Positions 59,074 to 64,000 of a stretch of 64,000 nt of DNA are shown in pieces (the stretch's first letter is position 1; each line of letters opens with the position of its first letter). The DNA is from an uncultured Flavobacteriaceae bacterium. Lineage in GTDB: Bacteria; Bacteroidota; Bacteroidia; Flavobacteriales; Flavobacteriaceae. A program made the translations under genes and the position numbers. The DNA lies in assembly GCA_964434705.1 (NCBI GenBank), contig CAYSVY010000012.1, positions 13,252 to 77,251 of the forward strand, given 5' to 3'. A model generated the notes under the pieces. That model was given only the letters and a program-made list of their open reading frames with translations, ran no database searches and had not been told where the DNA came from.

Positions 59074-60417
59074 ATGGAACTTTCCACGCTTAATGCTATT
59101 TCGCCAATTGATGGCCGATACCGAAACAAAGTTGATATACTGGGCAACTATTTTTCAGAAGAAGCTCTTATTAAATATCGCGTACTGGTTGAAATAGAAT
59201 ATTTTATAGCATTATGCGAATGGCCATTACCGCAACTAAAAGACATTGAAACTTCGTTGTTTGAAGATTTAAGGAATATTTATAAATCTTTTACTTCAGA
59301 AGATGCCTTAGCCGTTAAAAATATTGAAAGTGTCACCAATCATGATGTTAAAGCTGTTGAGTATTTTATAAAGGAGAAGTTTGATTGCTTAGGCCTTTCG
59401 GACTACAAGGAATTTATTCATTTTGGTCTCACCTCACAAGACATTAACAATACAGCTATTCCATTAAGTATTAAGGATGCCATGAACGATGTTTATGTAC
59501 CCGAATATTTTAGCTTATTGGAAAAGATTGAAGAATTAGCCAATGAATGGGCGCAAATTCCAATGCTTGCCAGAACGCACGGGCAACCTGCATCTCCTAC
59601 GCGACTCGGTAAGGAAATAATGGTGTTTGCCGTTAGGCTCAAGGAACAATTCAACCTATTAAACGATATACCTAGTGCTGCAAAATTTGGAGGAGCAACT
59701 GGTAATTTTAACGCACACAAAGTAGCTTATCCAGAAATTGACTGGAAGGCGTTCGGAACCAAGTTTGTACAAGAAAAATTAGGACTGCAGCATTCGTTCC
59801 CAACAACACAAATTGAGCATTATGACCACATGGCTGCTTTGTTTGATGCCCTTAAGCGTATCAATACTATCATTATAGATTTTGATAGGGATATTTGGAC
59901 CTATGTTTCCATGGATTATTTTAAGCAGAAAATTAAAAAAGGAGAAGTTGGAAGCTCCGCAATGCCACACAAAGTAAACCCTATCGATTTTGAAAACAGT
60001 GAAGGCAACCTTGGTATAGCCAATGCTTTATTTGAGCATTTGGCTGGTAAGTTACCGATATCGCGATTACAAAGAGATTTAACGGATAGTACGGTTTTAA
60101 GAAACGTTGGCGTGCCTTTTGGTCATACCTTAATAGCATTTAAATCTACTTTAAAAGGTCTAAATAAATTACTACTGAATGAAGCTAAGTTTGAAGAAGA
60201 CCTTGAAAACAATTGGGCTGTGGTTGCAGAAGCGATACAAACCATTTTAAGACGTGAAAACTACCCTAATCCCTATGAAGCCTTAAAAGGTTTAACAAGA
60301 ACCAATGAGGCTATTACCCAAACTTCAATTGCCAATTTTATTGACACACTTAATGTAAGTGCCGACTTAAAAACAGAACTTAAAGCCATTACACCAAGTA
60401 ATTACACTGGAATATGA
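59074..60417 (+). CDS. purB: Adenylosuccinate lyase
   Basis: AISPIDGRY, TNHDVKAVEY, ARTHGQPASPT, GSSAMPHKVNPIDFEN. Confidence 0.98.
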   Translation: MELSTLNAISPIDGRYRNKVDILGNYFSEEALIKYRVLVEIEYFIALCEWPLPQLKDIETSLFEDLRNIYKSFTSEDALAVKNIESVTNHDVKAVEYFIKEKFDCLGLSDYKEFIHFGLTSQDINNTAIPLSIKDAMNDVYVPEYFSLLEKIEELANEWAQIPMLARTHGQPASPTRLGKEIMVFAVRLKEQFNLLNDIPSAAKFGGATGNFNAHKVAYPEIDWKAFGTKFVQEKLGLQHSFPTTQIEHYDHMAALFDALKRINTIIIDFDRDIWTYVSMDYFKQKIKKGEVGSSAMPHKVNPIDFENSEGNLGIANALFEHLAGKLPISRLQRDLTDSTVLRNVGVPFGHTLIAFKSTLKGLNKLLLNEAKFEEDLENNWAVVAEAIQTILRRENYPNPYEALKGLTRTNEAITQTSIANFIDTLNVSADLKTELKAITPSNYTGI

Positions 60418-60641
60418 GAATACCATTGACCAAAAATAGTATTCCATTATACATAATAGCCGTAATTGTTGTTACCCTTTTTGTTTCAGGAATTTTTGAC
60501 GTTTTAGATTATGCTATTATAAAATACGGTTTAATTTGTATGACGTCAATTATAGCTGTTATAGTAGGTTTCGTATTGTTTAAAAGTAGCTTAAAACAAA
60601 ATCGTCCTGAGCAAAACACCCAAGACGATTCTTCCGATTAA
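60414..60641 (+). CDS. Small hypothetical membrane protein
   Basis: Two TM segments; ATGA overlap with purB stop. Confidence 0.55.
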   Translation: MRIPLTKNSIPLYIIAVIVVTLFVSGIFDVLDYAIIKYGLICMTSIIAVIVGFVLFKSSLKQNRPEQNTQDDSSD

Positions 60642-60661
60642 CATTTTAAATAAAGGTCAGT

Positions 60662-61210
60662 TTATTTAAAAAAATTCATAAACTCATTGACTTTAGAGTC
60701 ATCCATTTCCATATCTTTAAATGACATAGCGACTTGTACCAAGTCATTGGCATTCATATCATTTCCTAATACGCGGACTATTGCAAATCCTCTGTCATTG
60801 GCATAGCCAAATAGTATGAGCTCGTCAACGCTTTCTACATCTCCGAGGAATTTGACCATAAATTTCCCATCACTTACATTGCCGCCACGAATAAGCTCTT
60901 CGTATTTTGGGTTTTTAAGTATCGTTTTTACTTTAGCGAGTTCTGTATTAAATTCTTCTGTGTTATCATCAGATTTTACAAAACTCAGCATATTCAACTT
61001 GTCAATAGAGTTATAAGCCTCTTTTTGCTTTTCCGTTAAATTAGTTTGCTCAATGTCTAAAAAGCTGGTTGGTATATCCAAAGACTGAAATCCCGGTTTC
61101 AACTCGTTATCTACATAATAGGTTTGTAATGTTAACCCATTGTTGCAACTGAACACAGTTACAACAACGGCGATTAACATAATTAGTTTTTTGATTGACT
61201 GAAATTGCAT
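60662..61210 (-). CDS. DUF4252 lipoprotein
   Basis: Lipobox VFSC; LQTYYV, GFAIVRVLG.DM. Confidence 0.75.
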   Translation of the reverse strand: MQFQSIKKLIMLIAVVVTVFSCNNGLTLQTYYVDNELKPGFQSLDIPTSFLDIEQTNLTEKQKEAYNSIDKLNMLSFVKSDDNTEEFNTELAKVKTILKNPKYEELIRGGNVSDGKFMVKFLGDVESVDELILFGYANDRGFAIVRVLGNDMNANDLVQVAMSFKDMEMDDSKVNEFMNFFK

Positions 61211-61223
61211 GATATACTAGATA

Positions 61224-61796
61224 TTAATTTTTCTTCTCAGGTACATCTTTAATATACTCACTTCCTTTCAGGTTCATTTTGTTGGTAATCCTAGAAACCT
61301 GTCTTAAATCTACATCTCCAACTATAGATACATAAATGGCTTCTACCTCACGCTTCTTCCCATTAATTTCAATATTAGAGTTTTGAGTAATCTCTTTAAG
61401 ACCATTTACAAACATTAGAAATTCATCCACGTGGTATTCGTCTTTTCCTTCTTTTACATAAAAATTAACCACTTTACCACCATCTTTAAAAGTCATCAAT
61501 TCTTCAAGGTTTGACTTTTTGATGTATTTATTGACATCTGTTTCTAACATTTTTGAAACTTTAGTATTGTCACTGATAAGCATCCTAGCACCTGTTATTT
61601 TCTTTATGGCTTCAAAAATTTCCTGCTCTTCTGGGTTATCTAAATCTATTTCCATACTCGCCAGCATTGAAAATGCTTTCTGTTTAACAGAACCAGATGT
61701 GATACCTTCCATATCTTCATATTTTTCAAAAATACCTTGTCCAAAACCAATTATTGGTAAAAAGGCTAGTGTTATAATTACTACTATTTTTTTCAT
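61224..61796 (-). CDS. DUF4252 protein
   Basis: Signal peptide; FEKYED, LEELM, FYVKEG, VGDVDL.QVS. Confidence 0.75.
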   Translation of the reverse strand: MKKIVVIITLAFLPIIGFGQGIFEKYEDMEGITSGSVKQKAFSMLASMEIDLDNPEEQEIFEAIKKITGARMLISDNTKVSKMLETDVNKYIKKSNLEELMTFKDGGKVVNFYVKEGKDEYHVDEFLMFVNGLKEITQNSNIEINGKKREVEAIYVSIVGDVDLRQVSRITNKMNLKGSEYIKDVPEKKN

Positions 61797-61808
61797 GATT
61801 TGTAATGT

Positions 61809-62297
61809 TTAATTATTGTTAATTATTTTATTATTGATTTTGCTGACCTCAGATAAAACCTGAATTTTGGCTTTACCGTCAGTAATGTTATCAGCAACAA
61901 TGCTAAAGGCATCTGCTGAAGTTTTGCTCTCATTCATTCCTAAGGAAATTAATTTGAACATATCCATAGTTTGGTTATAGGCCAATAGTGCTTCTTGTTT
62001 TTCGGCTTCTGTTGGTCCCATAAGTTGTGGTATTGCAATACCTAACAATAAAACAATACCTGCCGCGACGGAAATCCACTGATACAATCTTTTGTTTTTC
62101 TTGGTGTTTAATGGTACGTCTCCAGTATACTGTTCATTGTGCGCTATTGAAAAATAGTTGAACAACGGTTTATAATGCTCGAGGTGCGGCGCAACGTTGT
62201 TGCCCGTAAAATAGGCCTTTAGCTGTGCTTCTTCCGCAAGCGTGGTTTCTGCGTTGTTGTACTTTTCCAATAGTGTTTCAATATTACTTAATGCCAT
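61809..62297 (-). CDS. Probable anti-sigma factor (single TM)
   Basis: LLEKY...ETTLAEE..L..YF, WISVAA; directly after ECF sigma. Confidence 0.65.
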   Translation of the reverse strand: MALSNIETLLEKYNNAETTLAEEAQLKAYFTGNNVAPHLEHYKPLFNYFSIAHNEQYTGDVPLNTKKNKRLYQWISVAAGIVLLLGIAIPQLMGPTEAEKQEALLAYNQTMDMFKLISLGMNESKTSADAFSIVADNITDGKAKIQVLSEVSKINNKIINNN

Positions 62298-62796
62298 AAC
62301 TATGTGTATTAGTTAATTTTTCTCTTATAGTCTTTCGCGCTCTTGACAGTGCTACCCGTATTGCCGTTTCGTTCATGTCCAACATTTTAGAAATCTCAGC
62401 AAAGTCGTACTGTTCAATATCGCGCAATTGAACTATAATGCGTTGTTGTTCTGGTAAATTTTCAATAATGCTCGAGACCCAGTCAACACTATCTCTTGCT
62501 TCTACTTGTTTTTGTAATGACGAGTGGCTGTTATCTTGATAGTTGCTATGAACAATCTTTAAGTTTTGTGCCTGTTTAGACTTTAACCTGTCTAGACAAA
62601 AATTCTTTGTCATGGTCATAGAAAACGCTTCAACGTTTTTGTATTCGCTGATTTTTTCCTTGTTGTTCCACAATTTCAAAAGTATTTCCTGCGTGGCATC
62701 TTCCGCTTCTTCACGGGAAACCAGCAATCGTTTTGCTAAACGAAATACTTTATCCTTAAATGGCGTCACTAAGCTTACAAAATCTGCCTGTGTCAT
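62284..62796 (-). CDS. ECF (sigma-70 family) RNA polymerase sigma factor
   Basis: EAEDATQEILLKLW, KN.CLDRLK, LPEQQR, EIS, RVALSRAR. Confidence 0.93.
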   Translation of the reverse strand: MTQADFVSLVTPFKDKVFRLAKRLLVSREEAEDATQEILLKLWNNKEKISEYKNVEAFSMTMTKNFCLDRLKSKQAQNLKIVHSNYQDNSHSSLQKQVEARDSVDWVSSIIENLPEQQRIIVQLRDIEQYDFAEISKMLDMNETAIRVALSRARKTIREKLTNTHSYGIK

Positions 62797-62849
62797 TACT
62801 TGGTTTTGATTGGTCGTAAAAATGCGTTTTAATACATCTTCATACTTAC

Positions 62850-62875
62850 GACGAAGTATAACTATTTTTGTTACT
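62850..62875 (-). promoter_or_regulatory. Candidate autoregulatory ECF promoter AGTAAC-N16-CGTC
   Basis: Minus strand AGTAAC-aaaaatagttatactt-CGTC, 53 nt upstream of sigma start. Confidence 0.6.
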
Positions 62876-63051
62876 GAAATTTAAAAATAATTTCTACTCA
62901 ATTCGTTTTCAATACGTTATAAGTTATAATATTTCAAATTAAAATACATTAACTCCAATTGCTCTTCAACTTGTATTTTTTATTCTACAATAATGTAAGT
63001 ATTTTTAGAGTTTAACAGACTAAAATAAACGTATGTCATTTTTTATTTCAT

Positions 63052-63507
63052 ATGAAAACCAAACTTTCAATTAACAATAGGCTTTTATTTTTAATTATTG
63101 CGTTTTGTTTTTCGTGTTCAGCTACTAAGCAAGCTTCCGAAAACGCAGTTCAGATTTTAAAAGATGATTATACTTTTTTAATAAAAGAAATTGCAACGGA
63201 CAAAACCTACGGCTACTCGCCAAAAAACCCAGTTGAAGTTGGTGGCGTTAAAGACTCTGAAGGCCCATTAAACGAAAGACGCTACCTCAATGCATTGGCA
63301 GGACCAAATGGTGAACAAGTGTCGTATTACAGAGCTGGAAGTTGTTGTGCTATAAAAAGCGATAACGATCCTTTTGGTTTTGGCAGCGTTATGTTGGACA
63401 ATTACCGAGTAACTTGGGAAAACGCTAAAGATACCGTTTCCATTTACATAAACATGTACGATTCTGGTAAGCTAAAAGCACCAGTTGGTTTTACCATTAA
63501 ACCATAA
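63052..63507 (+). CDS. Conserved hypothetical lipoprotein
   Basis: Lipobox CFSC; YGYS.KNPV.VGG, RYLNALAGPNGE, IYINMYD; no aldolase motifs. Confidence 0.7.
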   Translation: MKTKLSINNRLLFLIIAFCFSCSATKQASENAVQILKDDYTFLIKEIATDKTYGYSPKNPVEVGGVKDSEGPLNERRYLNALAGPNGEQVSYYRAGSCCAIKSDNDPFGFGSVMLDNYRVTWENAKDTVSIYINMYDSGKLKAPVGFTIKP

Positions 63508-63540
63508 AATTGCTATTTTATAATTGTTATTTAAATTGAT

Positions 63541-64000
63541 ATGAAAAAGATTAAAAATACACTGCTCCTAGTTTTAATTATGGTTTTGGCCGTAAGTTGC
63601 TTTGAGGATAGAGACGACAACATTACGCTAAATTCCAATTTCCTTGAAATCAACGATTTTGTTTGGAAAGGAATGAATGCCTTTTACGTTTACAAAGCCG
63701 AAATTCCCAATCTGGCCAATGATAGGTTTTCATCAAATGAAGAATATACGGAATACCTTAATAGTTTTGACAGACCCGAGGACTTGTTTGGATCTTTATT
63801 ATATCTGCCAGAAACTATTGATGAATTCAGTGGAATAACATCAGATTATATTGCGCTAGAACAACAATTGCAAGGCACAAGAGAAACCAACGGTATGCGT
63901 TTTGAAATCCGTCCACTTGAAAATGGAGATATATTTGGTTACGTGCGTTATGTACTGCCAAATAGTGATGCAGACATCAAAGGTGTTACACGTGGCATGG
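63541..64000 (+). CDS. S41 family peptidase lipoprotein (3'-truncated; missing from ORF track)
   Basis: My translation: MKKIKNTLLLVLIMVLAVSC...INDFVWKGMNAFY...GYVRYVLPNSDADIKGVTRGM, open to window end. Confidence 0.75.
   Translation, partial: MKKIKNTLLLVLIMVLAVSCFEDRDDNITLNSNFLEINDFVWKGMNAFYVYKAEIPNLANDRFSSNEEYTEYLNSFDRPEDLFGSLLYLPETIDEFSGITSDYIALEQQLQGTRETNGMRFEIRPLENGDIFGYVRYVLPNSDADIKGVTRGM

Overview
AT-rich chromosome segment from a Flavobacteriaceae (Bacteroidota) genome. The lineage call rests on TAnnTTTG -7 promoter boxes, T9SS C-terminal sorting domains, an RprX/RprY-like two-component system, and DUF5686/DUF4835/DUF4252-type genes. About 58 CDS, mostly housekeeping (deoD, smpB, pcm, yggS, miaA, coaE, fabI, recN, coaBC, rpoZ, bamD, dapA, ligA, prmC, ribD, glyA, fahA, rdgB, DEAD helicase, trmH, cobB, purB), plus a few accessory genes (two divergent T9SS cargo genes, orphan lipoproteins). 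I found no rRNA, tRNA, CRISPR array, integrase or transposase. The most unusual signal is non-genic: at least 8 degenerate 7-bp-period tandem arrays. Two have inverted left/right arms, and four lie inside coding sequences (yggS, prmC twice, ribD). Three sit next to copies of a GTCA..GAGCGCAGTCGA REP-like family, one of which is translated in frame within prmC. Other observations: a DEDDh/GIY-YIG exonuclease whose catalytic motif I lies upstream of any ATG/GTG/TTG (probable ATC start), a recurring ECF-type promoter motif, a structured ~190-nt intergenic element, a structured DEAD-helicase leader and a frameshifted lipoprotein. Family names come from motif recognition only; no database searches were run.
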